Part shown: one piece after another, positions 8,342-17,317 of the stretch
How the letters are laid out: the number at the start of each line of letters is the position of its first letter
How positions within the stretch are numbered: the first letter of the stretch is position 1
Source of the DNA: Nannocystis sp.
Lineage (GTDB): Bacteria; Myxococcota_A; Polyangia; Nannocystales; Nannocystaceae
DNA length: 64,000 bases
Direction: 5' to 3'
Assembly (NCBI RefSeq): GCF_016714285.1
Contig: NZ_JADJNN010000012.1
Location: 154,040 to 218,039, forward strand
Notes under the pieces: model-generated
Told to the model about the DNA's origin: nothing
The model's input: the letters and a program-made list of their open reading frames with translations, nothing else
Databases searched by the model: none
Program-made: the position numbers and the translations under genes

Positions 8342-10699
8342 GTGATACCCTGGCCGCACGTGGAAGCCTCGCGGTCGATCGCCCTGTGTCTCCTGCTCGC
8401 CGCGTGCAAGGGCGGCGACGGCAACGACGGCGGCAGCGAGACTGGGGGCACCGGCGGCGGCTCGGCCAGCAGCGGCGACGAGCCGACCACCGGCGACCCC
8501 GTGTGCACCGACTGCACCCCCGTCGGCATGATGAGCTTTCGCCTGCCCTCGCCCGCGGGCGCGACCCTGTGGACCGCGACGACGATGGACAAGGTCCTGC
8601 GCGAGGCGGCCCCGCCCGAGGCCACCGCCCCCGCGATCCAGATCCACGCCGCCCGCAACGAGTACGAGCCCTTCCAGCTGGTCGTGCGCAGCGACACCGA
8701 CGCCATGGTCAGCGTCAGCGTCTCCGATTTCAGCGGACCCGGCCCGCTCCCCGCGGTGACGCTGCACCGCGTCGACTACGTGAACATCGCCGCCCCCTCC
8801 GACCCGGGCGCGATCCTCAGCGGCCAGATCCCCGACCCGTTGGTCCCGATCGCCTTCGGCACCCCCGTGGCTGTCAGCGCCGCGAGCAACCAGCCGCTGT
8901 GGTTCACCGCGCAGGTCCCCGCCGACGCCCTCGCCGGCGACTACAACGCCACCATCACGGTGACCATCGCCGGCCTCGCCCACGAGGTCCCGGTCCAGCT
9001 CCACGTCTTCAACTTCGCCATCCCGGCCCAGCTCGGCTTCGACGGCAACTGGAACACCAGCTTCGAGGCCCTCGGCGGCGGCGCCAGCCTCGAGCGCGTC
9101 GAGCTGCTCAAGGACTTCTTCTTCGCCCACCGACTGGTCCCATCGTCGGTCGCCTGGCCGGCGGGCACCAACTACAACGGCGGCATCATCTACGACTGCG
9201 CCGCCGGCGTGTTCAAGGAGGAGGTCAACGACTACGACATCTCGTCGCTCGGCCCGAAGTACATCGACGGCGTCGGCTGGAACGGCGTCGGCTTCCCGTC
9301 GTTCCAGGCCATGACCTTCGTCGACAACAGCACGCCGCGGCCGCAGCTCTTCTGCGACGTCGACCGCGGCCCCGACCACGTCGGCACCGCCGAGTACAAC
9401 GCCGCCTGGTCGAAGATGCTGACCGCTCTCGACGCCTACCTGGTCGGCAAGGGCTGGGCCGGCAAGGCCTACTACTACACGCAGAACGAGCCCCAGGGCC
9501 CCGTCGACTACGACACCGCCGCCTACCTGGCGACCCTCACCCGCAGCGCCGCGCCCAACCTGCGCCTGGCGATCAGCGAGGAGCCCAAACCCGAGATCGC
9601 CGAGCACCCGCAGATCGCCGGCAACCACTACGACCTGTGGTGGGCCAACCTCTCCGCCTTCGAGCCCGTCTACGCCGCCACGCGTCAGGCCCTCGGCGAG
9701 CAGGTGTGGTGGTACTTCCTCTACGGCGACCTCCCGCCGCACTTCAACCCGATCACCATCGATCACGCCGGCGTCGAGACCCGCGTCGCCCACTGGGCCG
9801 CCTGGAAGTTTCGCATCCGCGGCTTCGCCTACTACTCCGTCACCGGCTGGGGCGCCGACCCGATCGCCGACCCGCGCCCGCAGGGCACCAATCAGAACGG
9901 CGACGGCTTCCTCCTCTACCCCCCCCAGGGCGACGCGCTCGTCACCAGCATCCGCTGGGAGCTGCTGCGCGAGGGCATCGAGGACCACGAGTACCTCCGC
10001 CTCGCCGCCGGCGGCAACTATCCCGCGACCCCGGCCGAGGTCGTCGGCTGCGACGTCTCGGTCGCCAGCGCCGTCTCCTCGACCACCGCCTACACCCGCG
10101 ACGCCTCGGGCCTGCAGCACCTGCGCGACGAGCTCGGCTTCTACCTCGAGGGTGCGCGCAGCGGCTGTCCGCTGCTCATGACGAACGCCCCCGGCGTGCA
10201 CAAGCGGGCCCCGTACTACCTGAACTTTCAGGACCCCGCCGGCGAGCCCGCCACGGACCCGCTGCAGGTCGACGGCCAGACCTGGCAGAAGGTCGGCTGG
10301 GTCCCCTACGCCGTCGAACAGGGCTTCGGCTGGTCGGGCCCCTACATCGGCGATCCCGCGATCATGAAGGCCCAGTACCTCGCTGATGCCCCCGTCGATG
10401 AGCTGCAGCGCAGCATCCTCTACAACGACTACGGCCGCACCGACACCTTCAACTGGGACATCGAGCCCGGCCTCTACACCGTCACCGTCTCGGTCGGCTG
10501 GCACGGCAAGGACTACCCGAAGCACCGCGTCATCGTCGAGGGCACTCCGCTGTTCGACTCGGTCCCCACCACGATGGCCGAGCCCTACCGCGTCGCCTCG
10601 ATCGACGTGATGGTCAGCGATGGCAACCTCACCCTCGAGGCGGGCCAGATGGACGAGTACACGATGCTCAACTGGCTCAGCATCGTCCCGAAGGATTGA
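8342..10699 (+). CDS. secreted lipoprotein, DUF4091/GH123-like putative glycoside hydrolase
   Basis: The real frame begins at a GTG after the VWA gene stop. It has the lipobox IALCLLLAACKGG and a Gly/Ser linker. Later it carries ...NQNGDGFLLYPPQGD...IRWELLREGIEDHEYL, reminiscent of the DUF4091 GDGxLxYP region; this is recalled from memory and needs confirmation. The first ~450 aa of ORF 6980..10699 are out-of-frame junk overlapping the VWA gene. Confidence 0.5.
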   Translation: MIPWPHVEASRSIALCLLLAACKGGDGNDGGSETGGTGGGSASSGDEPTTGDPVCTDCTPVGMMSFRLPSPAGATLWTATTMDKVLREAAPPEATAPAIQIHAARNEYEPFQLVVRSDTDAMVSVSVSDFSGPGPLPAVTLHRVDYVNIAAPSDPGAILSGQIPDPLVPIAFGTPVAVSAASNQPLWFTAQVPADALAGDYNATITVTIAGLAHEVPVQLHVFNFAIPAQLGFDGNWNTSFEALGGGASLERVELLKDFFFAHRLVPSSVAWPAGTNYNGGIIYDCAAGVFKEEVNDYDISSLGPKYIDGVGWNGVGFPSFQAMTFVDNSTPRPQLFCDVDRGPDHVGTAEYNAAWSKMLTALDAYLVGKGWAGKAYYYTQNEPQGPVDYDTAAYLATLTRSAAPNLRLAISEEPKPEIAEHPQIAGNHYDLWWANLSAFEPVYAATRQALGEQVWWYFLYGDLPPHFNPITIDHAGVETRVAHWAAWKFRIRGFAYYSVTGWGADPIADPRPQGTNQNGDGFLLYPPQGDALVTSIRWELLREGIEDHEYLRLAAGGNYPATPAEVVGCDVSVASAVSSTTAYTRDASGLQHLRDELGFYLEGARSGCPLLMTNAPGVHKRAPYYLNFQDPAGEPATDPLQVDGQTWQKVGWVPYAVEQGFGWSGPYIGDPAIMKAQYLADAPVDELQRSILYNDYGRTDTFNWDIEPGLYTVTVSVGWHGKDYPKHRVIVEGTPLFDSVPTTMAEPYRVASIDVMVSDGNLTLEAGQMDEYTMLNWLSIVPKD

Positions 10700-10732
10700 C
10701 CGCCGCGCGCGAGATTGCGCTAAGCTGCCGCA

Positions 10733-12370
10733 GTGCGCCTCCTGACCCTGCTTTGCGGCTCGCTCCTCGCCACCCCGGCCCTCGCCGGCGAGACCAAGAT
10801 TGTCCTCGATGGCGCCGTCCCTGACGGCGGCCTCGACCACTTCTTCGTGCCCTTCGACGTCCCGCCCGGCACCGTCGAGATCGAGGTGCAGCACGATGAC
10901 CTCTCCGACGCCAACATCCTCGACTGGGGCCTCAACGACCCCGCGGGCTTTCGCGGCTGGGGTGGCGGCAACAGCGAGCCCGCCGTCGTCGGCCTCGCCG
11001 CCGCCTCGCGCAGCTACGTCGCCGGCCCGATCGCCGCGGGCGAGTGGCGGGTCGTCGTCGGCAAGGCGAAGCTCGTCGAGACCCCCGCGAGCTACGCCCT
11101 CACGGTGATCCTGCGCGACGCGCCGAGCCTCGCGCCGCAGCCCGAGCGCGCCCCCTACCAGCCCTTCGCGGGCCTCGGCGGCGGTCCGCGCTGGTACGCC
11201 GGCGACTTCCACGTCCACTCGCGCGAGAGCGGCGACGCCAAGCCCCCGCTCGCCGAGATCGCCGCCCTCGCGCGCAGCCGCGGCCTCGACTTCGTCGAGA
11301 TCAGCGACCATAACACCCTCACCCAGCTCGAGTTCTTCGCCGCCGCCCAGGCCGAACAGTCGGAGCTTCTGTTCGTCCCGGGCAGCGAGTTCACCACCTA
11401 CGCGGGCCACGCCAACGCGATCGGCGCGACCGCTTGGGTCGACCACAAGATCGGCCAGCCCGGCGTCACGATCGCCGCCGCAGCCGCGGCCTACGCCGCC
11501 CAGGGCGCGTTGTTCTCGATCAACCACCCGGCGCTCGACCTCGGCGACGTGTGCATCGGCTGCGCCTGGAAGCACGAGATCCCGGCCGAGCTCGCCGCCG
11601 TCGAGGTCGCAACGGGCGGGCTCGACAAGGCCGGTAAGTACCTCACCGACGATAGCATCGCCTTCTGGGACAAGCTGTGCGGCGAGGGCCGTCACCTCGC
11701 GGCGATCGGCGGCAGCGACGACCACCGCGCTGGGAAGGACCTCGGCGCCTTCGACAGCCCCGTCGGCGACCCCACCACGATGATCTACGCCGACGAGCTC
11801 AGCACCCCCGCGCTGCTCGCGGGCATCACCGCGGGTCGCACCGTGGTCAAGCTGCAGGGACCCGGCGATCCGATGCTCGAGCTCGCCGCCGATGTCTCCC
11901 CGATCGGCGACACCATCACCGCCGACGCCGTCACCCTGCAGGCCACGGTCACCGGCGCGCCCGCGGGCAGCAGCGTCCGCTTCCTCCGCAACGGCCAGGG
12001 GATGCCCCCGATCCCGATCGACGACGACCCCTTCGTCGCCAGCGTGCAGGCCACCGCGCCCGCCACCGGAGAGGACCGCTGGCGCGCCGAGGTGATCGTC
12101 GACGGCCAGCCACGCACGATCACCAGCCACCTGTGGCTGCGCGACGATCCCTCGTCCGCCCCGACCACCGGCCCCGAGCCCACCACCGGCCTCGACGCGA
12201 GCAGCGGCAGCACCGCCGCGCCCACCGGCGGCGCTCCGGGCAGCAGCAGCAGCGGTTCCCCCGAGGAGACCCCAGGCGAAACTGGCGGCTGCGCGTGTGA
12301 CCTGAAGAAAAGGCCGAGCGCCCCCATGTTGCTGGCGCTGCTCGTGCTCATCCGCCGACGCCGGGACTAG
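10733..12370 (+). CDS. PHP-domain (CehA/McbA-type) metallo-phosphoesterase with MYXO-CTERM sorting signal
   Basis: There is a signal peptide, MRLLTLLCGSLLATPALAGE. The PHP motifs YAGDFHVHSRESGD...VEISDHNT are present. The extreme C-terminus reads GGCACDLKKRPSAPMLLALLVLIRRRRD, a Cys motif plus hydrophobic stretch plus Arg tail, which is the MYXO-CTERM pattern. Confidence 0.7.
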   Translation: MRLLTLLCGSLLATPALAGETKIVLDGAVPDGGLDHFFVPFDVPPGTVEIEVQHDDLSDANILDWGLNDPAGFRGWGGGNSEPAVVGLAAASRSYVAGPIAAGEWRVVVGKAKLVETPASYALTVILRDAPSLAPQPERAPYQPFAGLGGGPRWYAGDFHVHSRESGDAKPPLAEIAALARSRGLDFVEISDHNTLTQLEFFAAAQAEQSELLFVPGSEFTTYAGHANAIGATAWVDHKIGQPGVTIAAAAAAYAAQGALFSINHPALDLGDVCIGCAWKHEIPAELAAVEVATGGLDKAGKYLTDDSIAFWDKLCGEGRHLAAIGGSDDHRAGKDLGAFDSPVGDPTTMIYADELSTPALLAGITAGRTVVKLQGPGDPMLELAADVSPIGDTITADAVTLQATVTGAPAGSSVRFLRNGQGMPPIPIDDDPFVASVQATAPATGEDRWRAEVIVDGQPRTITSHLWLRDDPSSAPTTGPEPTTGLDASSGSTAAPTGGAPGSSSSGSPEETPGETGGCACDLKKRPSAPMLLALLVLIRRRRD

Positions 12371-12536
12371 CTGGCCCGAGAGACAGCCTCACACGAAGGG
12401 CGAGCGGTACGGCGGCCGGCGCCGGGTGTTCGTCCCGAGCTCGGCGTAGCTGGCCCGAGAGACAGCCTCACACGAAGGGCGAGCGGTACGGCGGCCGGCG
12501 CGGGGTGTTCGTCCCGAGCTCGGCGTAGCTGGCCCG
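12369..12536. repeat. 79-bp direct tandem duplication (2 copies plus about 10 bp of a third, 1 mismatch)
   Basis: The unit agctggcccgagagacagcctcacacgaagggcgagcggtacggcggccggcgc[c/g]gggtgttcgtcccgagctcggcgt occurs at 12369-12447 and 12448-12526. Copy 2 is the last ~22 codons plus the stop of tsaB. Copy 1 fills the tsaB/PHP intergenic space. Confidence 0.85.
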
Positions 12537-13187
12537 CAGGTACAGCGCGTCGACGTGATCGATCTCGGCGGGTTGATCGCGCCTGAAGGCCCGGGCGGCC
12601 GCCCGCCACAGCCCGCGCCCGTCGACGCCCGGCGTCGTCTGCAGCGCGAAGCCAGCCAGCGCCTCCGCGTAGGCCGCCGCGCCTGGTCCCACGACCTGGA
12701 TGCCTGGCGCATCGACCATGTCCGTGAGGACCTGTCCGATCGGACAGCAGCGCGGCTCGCCCAGTGCCCGCGGTCCCTCCTCCGCGAGTACGAAGCGAGC
12801 CGCGTAGACCTCGCCGCGTCGCGCGTCGAGCAGCGCCAGCACCTCGCCGTCGCGCGTCGCCCCGCCGGCCAGGCTCGCCAGGGTGCTGAGCGCGAACAGC
12901 GGGCAGGGGAGGGCGAAGGCCAGCCCCTTCGCCGTCGCCAGCGCCACGCGGGTGCCGGTGAAGGTGCCCGGCCCCACGCCGCAGGCGATCGCTCCGAGCT
13001 GGCGCGGTGTGATGCCCGCCTCCTCGAGCAGCGCGGAGATCCTCGGCGCGAGCAGACTTGAGGCCGGCGCCGCGCGATCGTCGTGGGTCGCCTGCGCGAC
13101 CAGTCCGTCCGCGTCGCCGCCGACCCGCCCAAGGGCGAGCGCCGTGCACGGCGTCGAGGTGTCCAGCGCCAGCAGCCAGGTCGACAT
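12468..13187 (-). CDS. tsaB: tRNA threonylcarbamoyladenosine biosynthesis protein TsaB (YeaZ)
   Basis: The internal Met starts MSTWLLALDTSTPCTALALG...ACGVGPGTFTGTRVALATAKGLAFAL, the Kae1/YeaZ fold. Its start overlaps the rseP stop (TGATG). The upstream 153 aa of the ORF are junk. Confidence 0.75.
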   Translation of the reverse strand: MSTWLLALDTSTPCTALALGRVGGDADGLVAQATHDDRAAPASSLLAPRISALLEEAGITPRQLGAIACGVGPGTFTGTRVALATAKGLAFALPCPLFALSTLASLAGGATRDGEVLALLDARRGEVYAARFVLAEEGPRALGEPRCCPIGQVLTDMVDAPGIQVVGPGAAAYAEALAGFALQTTPGVDGRGLWRAAARAFRRDQPAEIDHVDALYLRASYAELGTNTPRRPPYRSPFV

Positions 13188-14818
13188 CAGTCCATCCAGA
13201 TGCGCATCACGTCGTTGCGCAGGGCGATGAGGAGGAGCAGCAGGATGATGACCAGACCGATCGCGCTGGCGATCTCCCGCGCCCGCTGGCTGAGCGGTCG
13301 GCGGCGCAGCGCCTCGATCGTGAAGAACATCAGGTGCCCACCGTCGAGGATCGGGATCGGTAGCAGGTTGACGAAGCCGAGGTTGATGCTGAGCAGCGCC
13401 ATCAGCCGCAGGAACTCGGCCCAGCCCTGGTTGGCGGCCGTGCCAGCGACGTCGAAGATGCCGACCACCGAGCTCAGCTCCTCCACGCCGCGCTCGCCGG
13501 TCACCATCTGCCGCAGGGTCGTCCACATCATCATCAACATCGACCCGGTGGTCGTCAGCGCCGAGCGCATCGCGTACGTGAAGCGCCCGCGGATCGGCTC
13601 GGGCGGCGGCGTCATGCGGCTGTGGTAGGGCTCGGCCCCGAACCACAGGTAGCTGCGCGCGTCCTTGTAGAGCCCGCGGTAGCTGCGGATCTCCTGCGTG
13701 ACCTGCACTTCGCGCGGCGCCTGGCCAGGCGACTGCACCGTCAACGCCAGTGGTTGCTCGCCCTGACGATCGAGCAGCACCGCGACCGTCTCCCAGCGCG
13801 TCACCGGTCGATCAGCCACCGCGAGCACCCGGTCGCCCGGAGCGATGCCCGCCTTCGCGGCCGGCGAGTCCGGCTCGACCGTGCGGACGAAGGTGTTGGC
13901 CGGCAACAGCCCGGTGCTCTGCCCGCGCTCGTGCCGTGGCAGCAGGCGCGCGTGGTACGAGTCGAACCACAAGTAGCGACCGAGCTCGCCGCGCACGGCC
14001 TGGGGCCGCAGGTAGGTGAGGCGCAGCGCGCCGTCGCGGCTGCGCTCGAGCTCTCGCTCGAGACCCTCGATCGTCTCGACCGGCTCGCCGTTGACCGAGG
14101 TGATGATGTCACCGGTCTGCAGGCCCTCGGCGTGGGCCGGGGAGTCGGTGTCGATGATCCCTATCTGCGGCGCGTAGACCCACTGGGTCACCCCGAGCAG
14201 GCCGCGCGCCTCGTGTTCGCCCACCATGTTCTTCGCCACGCTCTTGCGCGGCGTGACGAAGCGGTCGAAGCGGACCCCGTCGCGCTCGATCTGCAGGCGA
14301 AGCTCGCGGCCCGGGGCGACACGTACGCGGTCCTGCATCTCCTGCCACGCGTGGATGTCATCGCCCTCGATCGCCACGATGCGATCGCCCGACTGTAGGT
14401 CCGAGGCCGCCGCCGCCGAGTCGTCGAGCACGGTGCCGATGATCGGCGGTGCCACCACGGTGTGCCCGAGGAAGAACGCGAAGTAGATGAACAGCGGGAG
14501 CAGCAGGTTGAACGCCGGACCTGCCCCGAGGACCAGGTAGCGGGCCCACAGCGGTTTGTTGCGCAGCGCCCGGTCGGCGTCCTGCGGGCTCAGCTCCTCG
14601 TCCGGCGACGCGCCCAGCAGGGTCACATAGCCGCCGAGCGGGATCGGAGCGATGCGGTACTCCGTCTCCCCGATCTGCACCCGCGCCAGCGCCGGACCGA
14701 AGCCCAGCGAGAAGCGCACAGCCTTGACCCCGACGAGCTTCGCCGCCAGCAAGTGACCGAGCTCGTGGATGAAGATCAGCGGCCCGATCAACAGGATGAA
14801 CGCGAGAAAATACGTCAC
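13187..14818 (-). CDS. rseP: RIP zinc metalloprotease RseP (site-2 protease)
   Basis: It has the HELGH zinc motif in TM1, two PDZ-like segments, and the C-terminal LDGG motif (NLLPIPILDGGHL). Confidence 0.85.
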   Translation of the reverse strand: MTYFLAFILLIGPLIFIHELGHLLAAKLVGVKAVRFSLGFGPALARVQIGETEYRIAPIPLGGYVTLLGASPDEELSPQDADRALRNKPLWARYLVLGAGPAFNLLLPLFIYFAFFLGHTVVAPPIIGTVLDDSAAAASDLQSGDRIVAIEGDDIHAWQEMQDRVRVAPGRELRLQIERDGVRFDRFVTPRKSVAKNMVGEHEARGLLGVTQWVYAPQIGIIDTDSPAHAEGLQTGDIITSVNGEPVETIEGLERELERSRDGALRLTYLRPQAVRGELGRYLWFDSYHARLLPRHERGQSTGLLPANTFVRTVEPDSPAAKAGIAPGDRVLAVADRPVTRWETVAVLLDRQGEQPLALTVQSPGQAPREVQVTQEIRSYRGLYKDARSYLWFGAEPYHSRMTPPPEPIRGRFTYAMRSALTTTGSMLMMMWTTLRQMVTGERGVEELSSVVGIFDVAGTAANQGWAEFLRLMALLSINLGFVNLLPIPILDGGHLMFFTIEALRRRPLSQRAREIASAIGLVIILLLLLIALRNDVMRIWMD

Positions 14819-15160
14819 CCTCGACCTCCTGCAGGCCGTTCGGCGCAGCGTGCGAACTCGCGCTGGCGCTGGTGTGGCGTCGTCATGCCAGAGCCCTGGA
14901 TACTCGACTCACGCGCGCAGGTCCATCGCGGCACCCCTCCGAGCCGAGCATCGTGACAGCAATCACGGGCCAGGAAGCGACCGTGTGACGCCAAAAAAGA
15001 TGCTGGTCTCGCCTGGACCTCGCCGTACACTTGTCCGCCGCGCGGGCTCAGGTGGCGCGCTCGAGCGACTTGTCTCGACGTCCAACCTGCACCGCCTGAA
15101 TCCCGTCCAAACCCGGGCGTCTACCGCCCCTGAATTTCCGACCTCCACGAGGACTTCCCG

Positions 15161-15991
15161 ATGATCCGCAATACTCTGATCCTGGTAGCGAGTTTTGGGC
15201 TGATGGCTGGTTGTGCCACCTCTTCCGCGACCTCCACCCCCCAGAACCCCGATGCTGGCAAGGTCAACTACGACGTCGGCAGCGCGCCGAATGGCGGCAC
15301 CGGGTCTGGCTCTGGCGGCACCGAGCCGGCGACCGATGGCGGCGCTGCGCCCCACACCGCCAAGGGCCGCGACTCGACCAGCACCAAGTCTGTCGGGCTC
15401 AAGCCCAAGGTGGTGAAGAAGATCGCCGCCGCCAAGCCGCCCAAGCCGGAGGAGCCCGCGGCTGATCCCAAGGTCAAGCCGACCCGCAAGGGTCGCGTCG
15501 ACGTGAATGGCCTGCTGGCCGAGGCGTTCGCCATCGAGGCGACCACGACGAAGCTCCCGGACCTCACCACGTTCGCCGGGCCGAGCAGCATCTTCATCGC
15601 CGCCACGGTCGACGCAACCGGCAGCACCCCGCTGGCGGGCATCCCGGCGACCGTAGCGACCCCGACCGCGCTGCGTTTCACCGGCACGATCAACATCACC
15701 GCTGGCGACGAGTACAAGCTGTGCACCAAGAGCAGTGACGGCTCGCAGCTGCTGATCGAGGATACTCTGGTCGTCGATAATGACGGCGTTCACGCCGAGG
15801 CCGTCGAGGTGTGCGAGCTCGTCAACCTCGAGCCCGGCGAGTACAAGATCGAGATTCGCTCGTTCCACACCAAGTCGGTGCTGGTCCAGGCCAGCTGGGC
15901 CGTCGGCAAGGATGGCACCCCGGCCGCGATCCCGACCCGCTCGTTCTTCCGGCCGGCCGACGCCGACGCTCGTGTGAAGGCCAAGAAGTAG
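15161..15991 (+). CDS. lipoprotein with C-terminal PA14-like domain
   Basis: The lipobox is LMAGCAT. There is a Lys/Pro-rich linker. The C-terminus reads GTINITAGDEYKLCTKSSDGSQLLIEDTLVVDNDGVHAEAV...GEYKIEIRSFH...ASW, the PA14 pattern. Confidence 0.6.
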   Translation: MIRNTLILVASFGLMAGCATSSATSTPQNPDAGKVNYDVGSAPNGGTGSGSGGTEPATDGGAAPHTAKGRDSTSTKSVGLKPKVVKKIAAAKPPKPEEPAADPKVKPTRKGRVDVNGLLAEAFAIEATTTKLPDLTTFAGPSSIFIAATVDATGSTPLAGIPATVATPTALRFTGTINITAGDEYKLCTKSSDGSQLLIEDTLVVDNDGVHAEAVEVCELVNLEPGEYKIEIRSFHTKSVLVQASWAVGKDGTPAAIPTRSFFRPADADARVKAKK

Positions 15992-16057
15992 CGCCACCCA
16001 CCGATGGCAACCCAGGGGCGCGCCGCGGAACTCCGCGGTGCGCCCTTTGTCGTTGGC

Positions 16058-17311
16058 TCACTCGTGGTCGCAGGCGGCCGCGACCCGGCGCGAGCCCCCA
16101 TCGGCGCGCACGAGGAACTGGCCCCGGCCGGCGAGCGACACCTGGGCCCCGGGATCGAGGGTGAGCGCGCCGGTGCGATCGACATCGACGCCCTTCTCGT
16201 CGATCGGCGCGATCGTCCACGCCTGGCCCTGGATCTGCCCCAGCGCCACGCGGCCGCCGATCTGCAGCAGGTGTGAGCTCAGCTCCTTGCGCGCCGTGGC
16301 CATGATCCGCGCCTGTCCGGTCGCGTCGTCGCGGCCGGCCCGGTACAGGAAGTCCTGCTCCGGCAAGGTCGCGTCGTCGGTGAGTGGCACCAGCCCGGCG
16401 AGCCAGTACAGCGCGTCGCGGTCGGTAGCGATGAACGCCGGCGACACCACGACCGGTCCGGTCGTGGTCCAGTACGGCAGGTCGCGGCGCAGCATCGTCG
16501 GCGGCTGATCGGGCCCGAGCGAGCGCAGCTCCACGTTCGCCACCAGCGTGGTGTACACGGCCGTCGTCGCCGGTGGGTCGGACATCTTCGAGGAGTACAT
16601 CCCGATCAGCGCCGCTGCTCCGCCCACGCTGCCCCCCTCGGTGGTGCCGAGCAGCTCGAGCTCGATCGGGCCGCTCAGCAGTGGCGGCTGGCACGGGAGC
16701 ATCTCATCGATCTGGCCTTCAGGACAGGCTTGCCACAACGGCAAGCCAAGCGCCGGCTCAGGCGCGAGCGTGTCGTCGAGACGCGAGAGCATCACCTCGA
16801 CCGTGCTGGCATCGCCGCTGTACGGCACCGCAAGGACGTGGGCGACTTGATCGAGGAACACGAGCCTGCGCGTCCAGTTACCGGCCGCCGGGAAGTCGAC
16901 GAGGCGCGGGCCGGCGACGAGATCCCCGTCCTCGCTGTCGCTCACCCGCCACACCTGCGCCTCGTTGGGACGGTCGAGCAGCACCCAGGTCTCGCCCTCG
17001 ATCGCACCCGGTACCAGCTGCAGCTCGGCGATCGTGCCGATCTCGGAGAAGTCGTGCGCAGCTCCGTCGGGCGATGCAACCAGTTGCAGTCGACCCTCGC
17101 CGTCGGTCGCCAGCGCCCACGCGCGCGCCCCCTCGCTGCGTTCGATCGCCAGCGCGTGCACCTGCCAGCCTGGCAGCAGCGCCGGGTCGCGCACCTCGAG
17201 GGCGATGCGGGCGCAGATGCGGCCGAGGTCGATCTCGAGGTCGGGATCCGGCCCGCTGACGCAGGACGCCGCGGCGACGACGGCGAGCAGGACTCGGCGC
17301 ATGCCCGACAT
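16058..17311 (-). CDS. hypothetical lipoprotein
   Basis: The N-terminus MRRVLLAVVAAASCVSG has a lipobox. No recognisable catalytic motifs were found. Confidence 0.45.
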   Translation of the reverse strand: MSGMRRVLLAVVAAASCVSGPDPDLEIDLGRICARIALEVRDPALLPGWQVHALAIERSEGARAWALATDGEGRLQLVASPDGAAHDFSEIGTIAELQLVPGAIEGETWVLLDRPNEAQVWRVSDSEDGDLVAGPRLVDFPAAGNWTRRLVFLDQVAHVLAVPYSGDASTVEVMLSRLDDTLAPEPALGLPLWQACPEGQIDEMLPCQPPLLSGPIELELLGTTEGGSVGGAAALIGMYSSKMSDPPATTAVYTTLVANVELRSLGPDQPPTMLRRDLPYWTTTGPVVVSPAFIATDRDALYWLAGLVPLTDDATLPEQDFLYRAGRDDATGQARIMATARKELSSHLLQIGGRVALGQIQGQAWTIAPIDEKGVDVDRTGALTLDPGAQVSLAGRGQFLVRADGGSRRVAAACDHE

Positions 17312-17317
17312 GATAGT

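Noticed and set aside
8297-12130. 1277-aa minus-strand ORF, and similar giant antisense ORFs (1083-4226, 21758-24787, 33214-35628, 35222-36817, 42983-46426, 47359-50016, 51618-53744).
   Set aside because: The translations are Arg/Gly/Ala/Asp low-complexity with no motifs. Each lies antisense to a well-supported gene with clear domain signatures. This is a typical artefact of about 70% GC with third-position GC bias.
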